Virus record (IMG/VR): IMGVR_UViG_3300046690_000230
Span: 2,191 to 66,190 of that record
Reading direction: 5' to 3' (one strand)
Source of the DNA: a virus
Taxonomy: Duplodnaviria > Caudoviricetes
DNA: 64,000 nucleotides
Shown: one piece after another, positions 17,372 to 27,491 of the stretch
Layout: each line of letters opens with the position of its first letter
Numbering within the stretch: position 1 is the stretch's first letter
Program-made: the position numbers and the translations under genes
Notes under the pieces: generated by a model
Databases searched by the model: none
Seen by the model: only the letters and a program-made list of their open reading frames with translations
Told to the model about the DNA's origin: nothing

Positions 17372-19452
17372 TGGCCAGCGGCCCAACGTACAAGACCTGG
17401 CAAGTTCCGCCAGCAGTCGCTTCTGAATCTTCCCTAATAGGTTGGATTGATGATGCGTGCGGCGAAGGCTTGAACTGGCTCAAAAGCCAGCGATGCAGCA
17501 GAGACTACCGCAAAGCACTAGACACGTTATCGGGGATGGACACGCAGCCGAATCCATCGGCTTCTTATCGTTCACGGCTAAACACCAACAGACTCAAGCG
17601 CAACATCCGTGAAGTTGTCTCCGTGCTTTCACGTCTCAGACCGTTCTGGGGCTATCAGTCGGACAACAAAGCCTATCAAGAAGAAGCGGCGATGATGAAT
17701 CAGGTTTGCCGCTCATGGTATCTGGAAACTTTCGCAGACCGTGCAGTGAAAGAGGCATTACAGTACGCCGCAGCAACTGGACGTGGTTGGTTACATCCGA
17801 TTTACCGCCGTGACATGGCTGGCACAGGCAAGGGCGACATCAAGTTACTGACCTTCGGCGCTCCTTGTGTTCTTCCTACACAGCTTCCAAGCAACGGTGA
17901 CTGGCAGTCAGCCTATGCAGTGACAATTTTGGATGAGTGGCCGATTTACATGGCGCATGGGATGTTTCCGCAATATCAGGATAGGCTAGTGCCTTCTAGT
18001 AGTCGCTTCTGGTATCAGAACGACAATGTGAAGAAATCCGCGATGGGCAACTGGTGGCAAAGAGCGTTCAAATCCGCCGCCAATCGTTCCGGTGAACCAG
18101 GTCTACCGGAACTACTGATACCTATAAGGAAGTCTTATGTCCTCGATTTGAGCCTGAACACCACCAAAGAGCCTATCCCAATGGGTGAACCTGGCTCATC
18201 GTGGTTCTATGAGGTTCCGTTTATTGGGCAGGACATACCTGCTGGCCACGACATGCACGGCAACCAAATCTTCAGAAAGGCCAACGAAAATGATGCACGA
18301 CTCTACCCCTATCGACGCCTCATTATATCCAGCGACAAATGCAGACTATACGATGGTCCTGCCTTTGACTGGCACGGAATGTTTCCCGGTGTCTCTTTCT
18401 GTCCCGATTCCTGGCCTTGGGAACCTCTTGGTTTCTCTCTGGTCCACGACGGCTACGATATCAATGAGTCCATCAAAGAAATAGACCGTGGAGTGATGGA
18501 CAAGGTTCGCGCTCAACTGAATCCTGCTTTGTCTTTCGATATGAATGTTGTCTCCAAAAAGGAGATGGAGCGGTTTGACCCATTCAAGCCGAATGCACGT
18601 ATGGCATTCGATGGTATGGGAACAAGTGCCCCGCCAGCTCAGCCCGTTCTTCCCTACGAGTTCCTGAAAGTCAGTCCTGAGATAGTGACCTACCGCCAAG
18701 TTCTGCAAGACGGTATGGATTCGCAAATGTGCATCAACGATGTGGCGGCGCTCGCTAAAGCGAGAACCGTAGGCTCCGTAGACCAAATCGAAAAGATTAT
18801 GGAGATGCAAGGGCCAATCATCACGGACATGTCCCGTTCGATGGAACCGCCCATGCGCGACCTAGGCAACATGATTAAATACAACGTGTTGCAGTACTAC
18901 ACGACCACCAGAGTCATGCAGTTGGTAGGCGCGGACATGATGCCGCTGACTACTTTCGATTTCGAGCCAGACAGCATTGTGCCAAGCCACTTGCCCGATG
19001 AAGATTCAAGCCATGAAAGCCAGCACGACCGCATTAAGCGTGCCAGAACGTTTGCAGACAACCTGAGATTCTTCATTCTGCCCAATTCCTTGCATGAATA
19101 TCAGCAGATGGAAATGAAACTGGGTCTTGTGCAACTCATCAAAGCAGGGGCTAAAATCTCCACACAGACATTAGCAGAGGCTTGGAACGTAAGAGATTAC
19201 GGCAAATTCGATGGTGTAAACGAAATTGAGCGCTGGAAATCAGAGAAGGAAATGGAACTGGAGTTTATGGTCAGAGGCGAAGTCATCAAGCAGAACCTAG
19301 AGACTGCGATGATGGCAGCGTCTGTAGTTCAGCCTCCAGGTTCAGCGCAACCTGGAAAACAACCAGAAGGTAGACCAACAACTGGTATGGATGCCCCTCG
19401 TTTAGTTTCAAAGGACGGCGGAGCACGTAGCACGATCACCCAAGTTAAATGA
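17371..19452 (+). CDS. portal protein (P22-like size and position)
   Basis: 693 aa after terL; NRLKRNIREVV, YAAATGRGW, Pro/Gln-rich tail. Confidence 0.75.
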   Translation: MASGPTYKTWQVPPAVASESSLIGWIDDACGEGLNWLKSQRCSRDYRKALDTLSGMDTQPNPSASYRSRLNTNRLKRNIREVVSVLSRLRPFWGYQSDNKAYQEEAAMMNQVCRSWYLETFADRAVKEALQYAAATGRGWLHPIYRRDMAGTGKGDIKLLTFGAPCVLPTQLPSNGDWQSAYAVTILDEWPIYMAHGMFPQYQDRLVPSSSRFWYQNDNVKKSAMGNWWQRAFKSAANRSGEPGLPELLIPIRKSYVLDLSLNTTKEPIPMGEPGSSWFYEVPFIGQDIPAGHDMHGNQIFRKANENDARLYPYRRLIISSDKCRLYDGPAFDWHGMFPGVSFCPDSWPWEPLGFSLVHDGYDINESIKEIDRGVMDKVRAQLNPALSFDMNVVSKKEMERFDPFKPNARMAFDGMGTSAPPAQPVLPYEFLKVSPEIVTYRQVLQDGMDSQMCINDVAALAKARTVGSVDQIEKIMEMQGPIITDMSRSMEPPMRDLGNMIKYNVLQYYTTTRVMQLVGADMMPLTTFDFEPDSIVPSHLPDEDSSHESQHDRIKRARTFADNLRFFILPNSLHEYQQMEMKLGLVQLIKAGAKISTQTLAEAWNVRDYGKFDGVNEIERWKSEKEMELEFMVRGEVIKQNLETAMMAASVVQPPGSAQPGKQPEGRPTTGMDAPRLVSKDGGARSTITQVK

Positions 19453-19670
19453 GCACTGTCACCGATTTCACGTCTGTTGAATGCATTAAAAGCAACTACC
19501 GCTTGGTACGCGAGCGCAGCTTCACATCGAGCCATGACGACCTGTTGCAGTTAGTTTTGCAACTCCGCGCTGAAAGAGTAACGGGCACCATGACCATAGA
19601 TTTCAGCCAAGGCGGCATCAATCGGGTGCGCTTCCGTGAGGAACAAGACATCAGGTACAGCGAAAAGTAA
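19449..19670 (+). CDS. small hypothetical protein
   Basis: ATGA overlap with the portal; TGTMTIDFSQGGI. Confidence 0.6.
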   Translation: MSTVTDFTSVECIKSNYRLVRERSFTSSHDDLLQLVLQLRAERVTGTMTIDFSQGGINRVRFREEQDIRYSEK

Positions 19671-19689
19671 CAATAACTACATTTTGTCC

Positions 19690-19719
19690 TTGACACGCAT
19701 ATCCCAGTACTCATAGATT
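19690..19719 (+). promoter_or_regulatory. putative promoter of the head module
   Basis: TTGACA-18 nt-TAGATT. Confidence 0.45.
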
Positions 19720-19776
19720 AGCAACGCGCAGGATTCGGACTTTCTATTTGTCCTAACTAGGCAGATAGAAGCGACG

Positions 19777-19830
19777 GCCCGCTGTTTAGATGGGATTCCC
19801 AACCCCTTCCATCTAAATGGCGGGCTTTTT
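19777..19830 (+). terminator. long hairpin plus T-tract (terminator or attenuator)
   Basis: GCCCGCTGTTTAGATGG / CCATCTAAATGGCGGGC 17-bp stem with 2 G-U, then TTTTT. Confidence 0.65.
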
Positions 19831-19847
19831 GCGTTTCTGGAGGCTAA

Positions 19848-19931
19848 ATGAAGCACTTCGGCAAAAAAGAAGAGAAAAAGAAAGACGGCAAGAAAAAGCA
19901 CGAAGGCAAAAAGCACGAAGGGAAAAAGTAA
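19848..19931 (+). CDS. 27-aa Lys-rich peptide, not in ORF track
   Basis: SD GGAGG; MKHFGKKEEKKKDGKKKHEGKKHEGKK. Confidence 0.55.
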   Translation: MKHFGKKEEKKKDGKKKHEGKKHEGKK

Positions 19932-20084
19932 ATGCGCGGGCACAAATCCGGTGGTTTCGCAGGCAATCTCTCCAAGCTAGGTGGTTCCGGCTCCAAACTC
20001 AAAATGAAGTCCGACATGAAAGCGGAATCAATGGTTAACCCTTCGCTCAAGAAGGGCAAGAAACAGGCTCATAAGAAGGCTTAA
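19932..20084 (+). CDS. 50-aa basic peptide, not in ORF track
   Basis: MRGHKSGGFAGNLSKLGG...KKGKKQAHKKA; abuts and overlaps neighbours. Confidence 0.55.
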   Translation: MRGHKSGGFAGNLSKLGGSGSKLKMKSDMKAESMVNPSLKKGKKQAHKKA

Positions 20085-20371
20085 TGGCAACGGCTCCATC
20101 ACCGATGACCGCGCCGCCGACTCCTGGTGGTGGTGCGCCCGGTCCAACGACTCCGCCTGTAGCCAGTCCTTCGCCGGCACAAGCCAATCCCACGATGCAG
20201 CAAGGAACGGCACTAGCGATTGGGGTAGCAAGAAGTTTGCAGACCATTGCCAAGATGTTTCCCAGCACCGCCCCAGCAGTAGCAGATATGAACAACAAAC
20301 TCCGCGATGTGGTCAGTTCGATGATGGAGGATAGCCAGTCACCGGAGCCAGCCGCTCCGCCACAAGGCTAA
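20084..20371 (+). CDS. Pro-rich head-module protein
   Basis: Position before the scaffold gene. Confidence 0.65.
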   Translation: MATAPSPMTAPPTPGGGAPGPTTPPVASPSPAQANPTMQQGTALAIGVARSLQTIAKMFPSTAPAVADMNNKLRDVVSSMMEDSQSPEPAAPPQG

Positions 20372-20381
20372 GGAGGCTTAA

Positions 20382-21203
20382 ATGAGCAAATACTACGACT
20401 ATTTGGTAGCAAACGGGGCCAGCGCAGAAGAAGCAAAGTTACTCGATACACCCACGTCCAACCGACTTTATGAGAAGCAACAGGCTGAATTAGAAGCACA
20501 AACAGCGGCAGCGACGAAGCTGGATACAGATTTGACGAACTATCAGGCAGCGGTCAACAAGTGGCACGAAGAGAACAATGCCAAATTGATTCAGGCTCAG
20601 AACGACGCCATTGGAGCGAAGGCTGAAGAAGCAAGGCACCGCGCCGCTCTACAGGAAGCACAGAAGCGCGGGTTGTTCGACGTAGCCAAGGATTTGGGCT
20701 GGAAGGAAGAAGCTCCTGTGGAAGCGAAGTCCGAGAACATTTCCAGAGAAGAATTTGCCAAGATTGCGGATTCCATCGGTGACAACCTAGCGGCACTCGA
20801 AGACATGGTGATGGAACACAAGCAGTTGTTCCCAGACCGTCCGCTCTCCGTGCGTCAGCTTCGCAAGGAAGCTCTCGCCTCTGGCAAGCCCGTACATCAG
20901 TACTGGGAAGAGAAATACAAAGTACAGCAAGAGCGCGAATCCGCCGCCAACAAGCAACGTGAATCAGAAATCGCCAAGTGGAAGATGGAAGGCGCAAAGG
21001 AAAAGGAAACTGAAATGGTTTCCAAGTATGGCAATCCTTCGACACGCACTCCTATGCCCTCGCAGCGTCCAGTTTTCGCATCTCGCACTGGAGACACAGT
21101 GCGCGAAGGCAAACAGCCTTGGGACCACGCCGATGGCCAGTTACAGAACGACCGCGTGGAACGAGTTACCAAGAAGTTGATTGAACGGCAGTACCAGAAT
21201 TAA
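20382..21203 (+). CDS. putative capsid scaffolding protein
   Basis: Charged coiled coil directly before the capsid gene; SD AAGGAGG. Confidence 0.65.
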   Translation: MSKYYDYLVANGASAEEAKLLDTPTSNRLYEKQQAELEAQTAAATKLDTDLTNYQAAVNKWHEENNAKLIQAQNDAIGAKAEEARHRAALQEAQKRGLFDVAKDLGWKEEAPVEAKSENISREEFAKIADSIGDNLAALEDMVMEHKQLFPDRPLSVRQLRKEALASGKPVHQYWEEKYKVQQERESAANKQRESEIAKWKMEGAKEKETEMVSKYGNPSTRTPMPSQRPVFASRTGDTVREGKQPWDHADGQLQNDRVERVTKKLIERQYQN

Positions 21204-21214
21204 GGAGATGAACA

Positions 21215-22363
21215 GTGGCCGACCCAACATTTGATCAAATTAGCGCAACAACGCTAGCCGATCTCCGAGAAGACGTACTCGTAGACAACTTCTTCGTCGA
21301 GACGCCTTGGCAAAAGAAGATGCGTGCTATGGGCGCACTCGAAGACTTCAATGGCGGCACGTTCATGCAGGAACCATTCATGTATGACCGTGTGAACGGT
21401 GGCGCTATCGCTCCCGGCTCTGATGTCACCGTCATGCAGAAGCAGATTATCGCGGCTGCCGCGTTTGTGCCCAAGGAATACGTGGAGCAGGTTCCTCTGA
21501 ACCTGTGGGAAACCAACGTTATCCAAGGCTCTGGTCCTGCGGTGAAGGTGAAGTTGATTGACGCCTACATGCAGAACGCGGTGCAGGCGCTCAACACCGA
21601 CATCGCCATCGACTTCTACCGCCACGGGCAGAACATCACTGGCTCCAACCGCCAAATCTTCATCAACGGCTTGAGCGAAGCGCTGAACGACGGTGTCAAT
21701 CCTTCGTGGGACGGCAACGTGTTCACCACCTACGGCGGGCAGACCCGCAACGGCGTGGTGGGCAACGTCCTTAACTCGGTTCCGACTTGGGTTGGCGGCA
21801 CTGACGGAAGTACGGGCCAAATCACTTACAAGACAGTCTTTGAAGCGTATCAGAACTGCGTACAACCGCCTGATGTTGGGTTGTGCAACAAGGCATTGTT
21901 CAGTTACTTGGCCGAGCGGCAGGAACCGAAACAGAGATTTGAGATGGGTGGCAAGGACATCGACGTTGGCGTATCCGGTTTGAAGGTTTTGGATGGCACT
22001 ATCTTCGTTGATAAGCTCGCGCCTTCGACCAAGTACGGCACGATTCTTCCTTCGGGCTTGAGCCAGACGACTTCCATCAAGCCGACAGCATTTACCACGC
22101 CGACCTTGAGCACGACACAAGCGGCGATTTCCAACTATCCAAGCGCCACTGCAAATACCAACCCTGGTGAGCCTTTCTTCTGGCTTCGCGTAAAGGGATG
22201 GAAACTGCGGCCTGCGTCTGACCCTGAATACAATTTCAACTTCACGCCGCCGATTCGCAGCCAGAATAACCCTGACTTGGTTGTTCTTTTCCTCAAGGCG
22301 GGTTTGAACATTTACACAGTGCAGCCGCGTGACAACTGGCAGTTGGTTGGCGCTGGGTTCTAA
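21215..22363 (+). CDS. major capsid protein
   Basis: 382 aa, strong SD, ATTLADLREDVLVDNFF and INGLSEAL..G...TYGGQTR patterns, synteny. Confidence 0.8.
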   Translation: MADPTFDQISATTLADLREDVLVDNFFVETPWQKKMRAMGALEDFNGGTFMQEPFMYDRVNGGAIAPGSDVTVMQKQIIAAAAFVPKEYVEQVPLNLWETNVIQGSGPAVKVKLIDAYMQNAVQALNTDIAIDFYRHGQNITGSNRQIFINGLSEALNDGVNPSWDGNVFTTYGGQTRNGVVGNVLNSVPTWVGGTDGSTGQITYKTVFEAYQNCVQPPDVGLCNKALFSYLAERQEPKQRFEMGGKDIDVGVSGLKVLDGTIFVDKLAPSTKYGTILPSGLSQTTSIKPTAFTTPTLSTTQAAISNYPSATANTNPGEPFFWLRVKGWKLRPASDPEYNFNFTPPIRSQNNPDLVVLFLKAGLNIYTVQPRDNWQLVGAGF

Positions 22364-22392
22364 GAGTTTTACAGGATTAAAGGAGACAAACG

Positions 22393-23070
22393 ATGGCCGG
22401 TGGAATGCTCACAAAACAAGCGGATAGACTGACCGCTAAGTGGCTCAATGACGTTAATGACTCCGTATCAGGCGGTGCAGTAGTATCCGTCCCGACTGGT
22501 GCGCCGTCTGCCCAAGTTTCGCAGACGCAGCCTGGTGACCGCATCGTGCTTGATGACGCCACGGCATTGGCTCTGTCTGACACTACGGTAGGCACGCTCT
22601 ACGGTGGCGTTTACATGTACGTAGGAACGCTGGCGACGGCAACGGCTTCTCCTGCGCGTGGGACTGGAGCTTTCTGGCGCATCTCGGACCTGCCGGGTGG
22701 AGCAACGCAGTCCTACACGGTCAGTTCGGACGTACAGCCCAACACTTTGCTGCCGGCCTACATTGCTGGCGTATTCATCAATGCGACGACCTCTTCGGGC
22801 ACTGCCGTTGCGCTGACCAAGGGCAACTTTGGCTGGATTCAGGTGGCGGGAACGGCTTCCTGCTTGATGGACAATACCCTTACCTCAACCGCTCTTGCTA
22901 CGACCATCAGTTCCAAGGTTTCGGCAACCACCGCATCCACTTGGGATGCTGGTGTGGCGTTGACCACGGTGACTCTCGCTAACGTTTTGGGTGTGGCGAT
23001 TGGCACCCCAGTCATCTCAACGATTTCATCTGTTATCATCACTCGCGGAAACTTCTGCGGCAGAATCTAA
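22393..23070 (+). CDS. putative capsid decoration/cement protein
   Basis: GGVYMYV and GNFGWIQVAG; follows the capsid gene. Confidence 0.55.
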   Translation: MAGGMLTKQADRLTAKWLNDVNDSVSGGAVVSVPTGAPSAQVSQTQPGDRIVLDDATALALSDTTVGTLYGGVYMYVGTLATATASPARGTGAFWRISDLPGGATQSYTVSSDVQPNTLLPAYIAGVFINATTSSGTAVALTKGNFGWIQVAGTASCLMDNTLTSTALATTISSKVSATTASTWDAGVALTTVTLANVLGVAIGTPVISTISSVIITRGNFCGRI

Positions 23071-23080
23071 GGAGTAACGG

Positions 23081-23473
23081 ATGGCCTTCGCTACCGGAAT
23101 CAAGGTTCTTCCTGGCTACCCGCAACCAGCGGGTGCCAAGTATCAGCTTATCTTCGACCGTACCGGCACGACTTCCTATGTCCGCTACGTTACTGGAACG
23201 ACTCCGGTTGGCGGAGACGTTATAAAAGCAAGTGCTCTGGGAATGGGCGGTTTTGACAACGTAGACGACACATTCGACACCACAGGCCAGATTTCTGCGG
23301 TAGTAGTTATGGACCAAGCAGGGACTGGCAATGCGGTAGGACAGGTCACCATCAAGTATTACGCAGGGGCGACGGCTACATTGGGTGGCCAATCGCAGAC
23401 GATTGGGACTGAGATTGCAGCGGGAACGAACCTGTCCACTTTCAGCTTTCGCTTTGAATGTTACATGGTCTAA
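23081..23473 (+). CDS. putative virion structural protein
   Basis: Strong SD; beta-rich, EIAAGTNLS. Confidence 0.55.
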   Translation: MAFATGIKVLPGYPQPAGAKYQLIFDRTGTTSYVRYVTGTTPVGGDVIKASALGMGGFDNVDDTFDTTGQISAVVVMDQAGTGNAVGQVTIKYYAGATATLGGQSQTIGTEIAAGTNLSTFSFRFECYMV

Positions 23474-23494
23474 TCTGAGCGCCGGAGGCTCACT

Positions 23495-24511
23495 TTGGCG
23501 CTACAGGACATGCAGGCAGAAATTCGGGGCGCGGTTCCAAAGCTCCCGTATGCCTTCACGCAAACTCTAATCAACCGCGCTTGGGGCGTCATTCGCCAAT
23601 CGAACCTCTGGTCTTTTAATCTCTATGAGGGCAGTTGGATTTCTCCGCCTGTTCTGACGACGGGCACAGTCACTACGGTACAAGGCTCGGACACGGTTCA
23701 GTTCGATGCGACGGCAACTGCTGCCATCAATGCGTGGCAAATAGCCAATCCCTATACGCTGGTGACGCAGTGCCAGTTGAGGCCAGGAGCGGTAGCGGGC
23801 ATCGCGCAAATCTACAATCTCATCCAGTACGATCAGGTGACAGGCGCAGCCACGCTAGACCGGATGTATGCAGACCCGTCCGGCACCAACGTCGCCTACC
23901 AGCTCTACCAACTCTATTACGCCGCTCCGTTCAAAGACCATCTGACTTGGGTATCGGTACGTAACTTCCAGATGTTCCTAGACTTAGGCATTAATATGGA
24001 GCGCAATCAGATTGACAAGATTGACCCGCAGCGTTCTATCTATCAGTGGCCCACGCAAGTCGTTCCGTACACCATTGATTATCGCGGGCAAGGCACGATT
24101 TACGAGTCTGCAACACTGGGATTTCCACTGTTTGAACTCTGGGGCCAGCCAGTCAATCCGTTCTCTTACGGCCTCTACGGCATCCGCAAAGGGGTAGACC
24201 TTGTTAACCCGACTGATACTCTTCCTATACAGGTTGGTGAAGACTGCGTTCTAGCCTTGGCGAGAACTTACGCTTACGAGTGGGCCGAAGCGAACAAGGA
24301 CATGTCGCCCAGAAGCGCGGGACCGGATTTCAAGTTTCTTATCGGCAAGTCGATGGACGAATATACCAAACGGCTCATTCTCTACCGCAAGAATGACAAA
24401 GAGTTTGTAGATGCATACTTTAGCGCCCGTAACCTAATGTGGAATGGCAACTTAGTGGGTGTGTACAACAGCCAAGCGGGTGTGGCTACTACGTACGGCG
24501 GCTACTACTAA
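23495..24511 (+). CDS. putative head-tail adaptor
   Basis: N-terminal LQDMQAEIR..LINRAW and position. Confidence 0.5.
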   Translation: MALQDMQAEIRGAVPKLPYAFTQTLINRAWGVIRQSNLWSFNLYEGSWISPPVLTTGTVTTVQGSDTVQFDATATAAINAWQIANPYTLVTQCQLRPGAVAGIAQIYNLIQYDQVTGAATLDRMYADPSGTNVAYQLYQLYYAAPFKDHLTWVSVRNFQMFLDLGINMERNQIDKIDPQRSIYQWPTQVVPYTIDYRGQGTIYESATLGFPLFELWGQPVNPFSYGLYGIRKGVDLVNPTDTLPIQVGEDCVLALARTYAYEWAEANKDMSPRSAGPDFKFLIGKSMDEYTKRLILYRKNDKEFVDAYFSARNLMWNGNLVGVYNSQAGVATTYGGYY

Positions 24512-24560
24512 ACTTTCCTCTTGACCTTTTCTCCAATTATGCGACTATCATCGCCATCGC

Positions 24561-25706
24561 ATGATTCTCACTCTCAATCCCTTCCATAAAACTCCTGAGA
24601 TTGTTGACCCTGTTGGTCCTGAGACGGAATTATCTAACCTTGCATCTGAGTTCTATCTGTGCGGGGAAACTGCCAAAGCCATTACGATGGTGGAACTGGC
24701 TCTGAAGATTGCCCGTACCGTCCCTGTTCTAGTCAACATGGCAGTGATTCTGGAGTCTTTAGGGCGGTTCGATGAAGCATTCAAGTATGCCGAGGAAGCC
24801 TACAAGCTCAACCCTGCCGACAAACGAACCATTAACCTATACGCTGAAGCGTTGCTGCGGCGGGGAGATTTGGCCCAAGGATGGCCGCTCTACAGCCAAT
24901 CTCGCAATACCCGTTCCCAGTTAAAGGATTTCATCCCAGAATGGACGGACCAAGGTCTAAGTGGGAAGCGCCTCTTGGTGGTAGAAGGCGAGGGCTATGG
25001 TGACAACATCTACTTTCTACGATGGTTGGCCGCTCTACGAGACTTGGGAGCAGAACTGGACTACATCTGCCAGCCTACTCTGGCACCACTGGTCGAACAC
25101 ATGGGATTCCGTCCCTTGGAGAACTGGGGCGGAAACGTGGACTTCCGTTTCACTGATTACGATTACCACGTCTCTATCCTTACCCTGCCCCAGAAGTTCG
25201 GAGTCACCTACGACAACTACCAGTGGAACGGGCCTTATGTCGTGGTGGGAGCACCTGTCCGTCGCAAGATAGCTGGCGAACCCTTACGTGTAGGTATTTG
25301 CTCTCTAGCGGGAGAGGGAATGTCAGCCCGCCGACAGCGCTCTCTGCACGCCTCACAGCTTCAACCATTGATGAACTCTTTAGACCCTCGGCATAAGTGG
25401 GTCAACCTACACCATCACTATATCTTGCCAGACACGGTAGACCACCCAATCGTAGAGACTTGGCTAGACACCGCCAAAGCCATCTCAACTTGCGATTTAG
25501 TTGTCTCAGTTGATACGGCGGTAGCGCATCTCGCTGCTGCGATGGGAATTGTCACTTGGGTCATGCTTCCCGGCGCTTCGGCGTGGCACTACCCGCTCTA
25601 CCGCCCAGACCATCCTTTTTACCCTTCGATGAGGATGTTTCGCAACCAAGCCGAAGGTCTTGATTTCGCTGTTCAATTCGTCAGTGCGGAGTTAAACCGT
25701 CTATGA
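24561..25706 (+). CDS. TPR-repeat plus GT9-like glycosyltransferase
   Basis: TPR helices; GEGYGDNIYFLRW; DLVVSVDTAVAHLAAAMG. Confidence 0.85.
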   Translation: MILTLNPFHKTPEIVDPVGPETELSNLASEFYLCGETAKAITMVELALKIARTVPVLVNMAVILESLGRFDEAFKYAEEAYKLNPADKRTINLYAEALLRRGDLAQGWPLYSQSRNTRSQLKDFIPEWTDQGLSGKRLLVVEGEGYGDNIYFLRWLAALRDLGAELDYICQPTLAPLVEHMGFRPLENWGGNVDFRFTDYDYHVSILTLPQKFGVTYDNYQWNGPYVVVGAPVRRKIAGEPLRVGICSLAGEGMSARRQRSLHASQLQPLMNSLDPRHKWVNLHHHYILPDTVDHPIVETWLDTAKAISTCDLVVSVDTAVAHLAAAMGIVTWVMLPGASAWHYPLYRPDHPFYPSMRMFRNQAEGLDFAVQFVSAELNRL

Positions 25707-26227
25707 TCTACACAGGCTGTAACCAGAGAATCCCTGAATATCATTCCTGGGTTGCTCTCAATCGGGGCATGGACATTCAATCCTACGTGGAGCTGGGCTG
25801 TGGCTCCGCTTCGTTCTTGCAAGATGCAGGAGTGCCTAAAGTGGTCACGGTTGACCTGTTGCAGAATGGTCAGAGCAACGTCCATCACATCCAAGGCAAC
25901 TCTCACGAATTGGATACCCTGCATCAAGTCTTAACCTATCTGGGAGACAGGCCAGAATGCGTGTTCATCGACGCTGACCACACCTACAATGGCGTCCGGT
26001 TTGACTTCGATGTGTGGTATCCAGTAGCGACTCGGCTTGTTGGATTCCACGACATTCTGATGCCAGGAGTAATGGAGTTCTGGTTGGAAGTCAGCCGGCA
26101 ATACCCTTCCATTCAAATTATTTCAAGGGACATCGCTTCGGCCAACAAGTGGCAGCATGGCTGTCAGACTCACACTGGCGATGTGAACTGTGGTGGCATC
26201 GGCGTTATTTTTAAGGAGATAGAATGA
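25703..26227 (+). CDS. class I SAM-dependent methyltransferase (Methyltransf_24-like)
   Basis: YVELGCGS, VFIDADHTY, GFHDI. Confidence 0.82.
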   Translation: MIYTGCNQRIPEYHSWVALNRGMDIQSYVELGCGSASFLQDAGVPKVVTVDLLQNGQSNVHHIQGNSHELDTLHQVLTYLGDRPECVFIDADHTYNGVRFDFDVWYPVATRLVGFHDILMPGVMEFWLEVSRQYPSIQIISRDIASANKWQHGCQTHTGDVNCGGIGVIFKEIE

Positions 26228-27102
26228 GCATTGGCGTAGTATTCGCCACTACTGGTGGACCAAAGATTGAACGTTGCTTGCGTTCCTTCGCAAGAATTGA
26301 ACCTGATTTACACGCACAGGCGCATGTAGTTCTAGATGCAACTTCCAATACATGGCTGCGTCATCCGCGCATGGACGTGGGAACTATCCCCGTTCGTTCT
26401 GTCAGCAATGGAGCGCACATCAACGGCATTCTGAACCATGCTCTGCACTGGATGAAAGAACTAGGCCACTCGCACGCTCTGATGTTCCACGACGATTTGA
26501 TCTTTTCTCCGCTTCCACAGCACCAAGGCAGCATCTCCAAGTGGTTAGATATTCCACAGGTGCTCTCAGGTTCTGGCATCAGCTTTGGCCACTTCGAGAC
26601 GTTCACACAGGAAGGCCGCCGCCCCTCTGAAATATGGGACTACGAAGACCTAGAAGGCACTCGTCTGTGGAACTATCTCGCTTCTCTTCAGGAGCCTATC
26701 GAGGGCGGAGTGGATTTGCGGCCTCCTGGTGTCTCTTACTGGTTCCGTTCTGAAGGTGCCGACAAGGTACGCAAATGGAACCGCCTTGGCCCGACTGGCC
26801 AGATTGTTCCTATCTCTACTTGGGAGTCCGTTGGCCGTTTCGATGAAACTGCGGGTATTTTTTACGATCAGGAATACCCTTCGGAGTGCTTCCGTCGTAA
26901 ACTCCCGCCTATCTGGGCTGTTCCTAACTTTCCGTGGATTCATCTGCACAACCAGTCCATGAACCCTTGGGGCGACCCTGCACCCAACGCATTTTCTAAT
27001 ACAGGCGCAGCTTATGAGAAGCGATTCGGTGCGCGGGACAATCGAGCAGAGGGTTGGGCAGGATTTTGGGGTTCAAATTGGGAAGAAGAGTGGGAGGGAT
27101 AA
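26224..27102 (+). CDS. GT-A fold glycosyltransferase (GT2-like)
   Basis: IERCLRS, MFHDDLIF, WESVGRFDE..FYD. Confidence 0.65.
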   Translation: MSIGVVFATTGGPKIERCLRSFARIEPDLHAQAHVVLDATSNTWLRHPRMDVGTIPVRSVSNGAHINGILNHALHWMKELGHSHALMFHDDLIFSPLPQHQGSISKWLDIPQVLSGSGISFGHFETFTQEGRRPSEIWDYEDLEGTRLWNYLASLQEPIEGGVDLRPPGVSYWFRSEGADKVRKWNRLGPTGQIVPISTWESVGRFDETAGIFYDQEYPSECFRRKLPPIWAVPNFPWIHLHNQSMNPWGDPAPNAFSNTGAAYEKRFGARDNRAEGWAGFWGSNWEEEWEG

Positions 27103-27491
27103 TGCCTACTGCTAAACAATGGTCAAGGATGTCTCCTGAAGCCCGCGCACATTCATTAGCAAAAATGAAGGAGTACTACCATAAGCACAGGGAAAAGAGA
27201 ATGAAAAATGCTAGGGATTGGGCATTGGCTCATCCTGAGCATGTTAGAGCACGAGCACGTGCTGACGGAAGAAGAAAGCGAGGTCTTCATGTAGTAGGAG
27301 GAGAAAAAAGAGTAGGAACATGTCCGTTATGTTCCAAGGCTGGGCCATTGGTTCCAGACCATCCATTTGGTATTGATATGGTAAGAGACTGGATTTGTAG
27401 AAAATGTAACATGCAATTGGGTCAGTACGAAGCCAGAGAATCCAATGGTCAGCATCAGAAGTTTCGGGAGTATCTGGCGAGGTTTGTGTGA
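27102..27491 (+). CDS. endonuclease VII-like homing endonuclease
   Basis: CPLC...LVPDH...VRDWICRKCN. Confidence 0.7.
   Translation: MPTAKQWSRMSPEARAHSLAKMKEYYHKHREKRMKNARDWALAHPEHVRARARADGRRKRGLHVVGGEKRVGTCPLCSKAGPLVPDHPFGIDMVRDWICRKCNMQLGQYEARESNGQHQKFREYLARFV

Noticed and set aside
21254-22120. 288-aa minus-strand ORF and many similar antisense ORFs
   Set aside because: Shadows of the capsid and other plus-strand genes; no motifs or RBS
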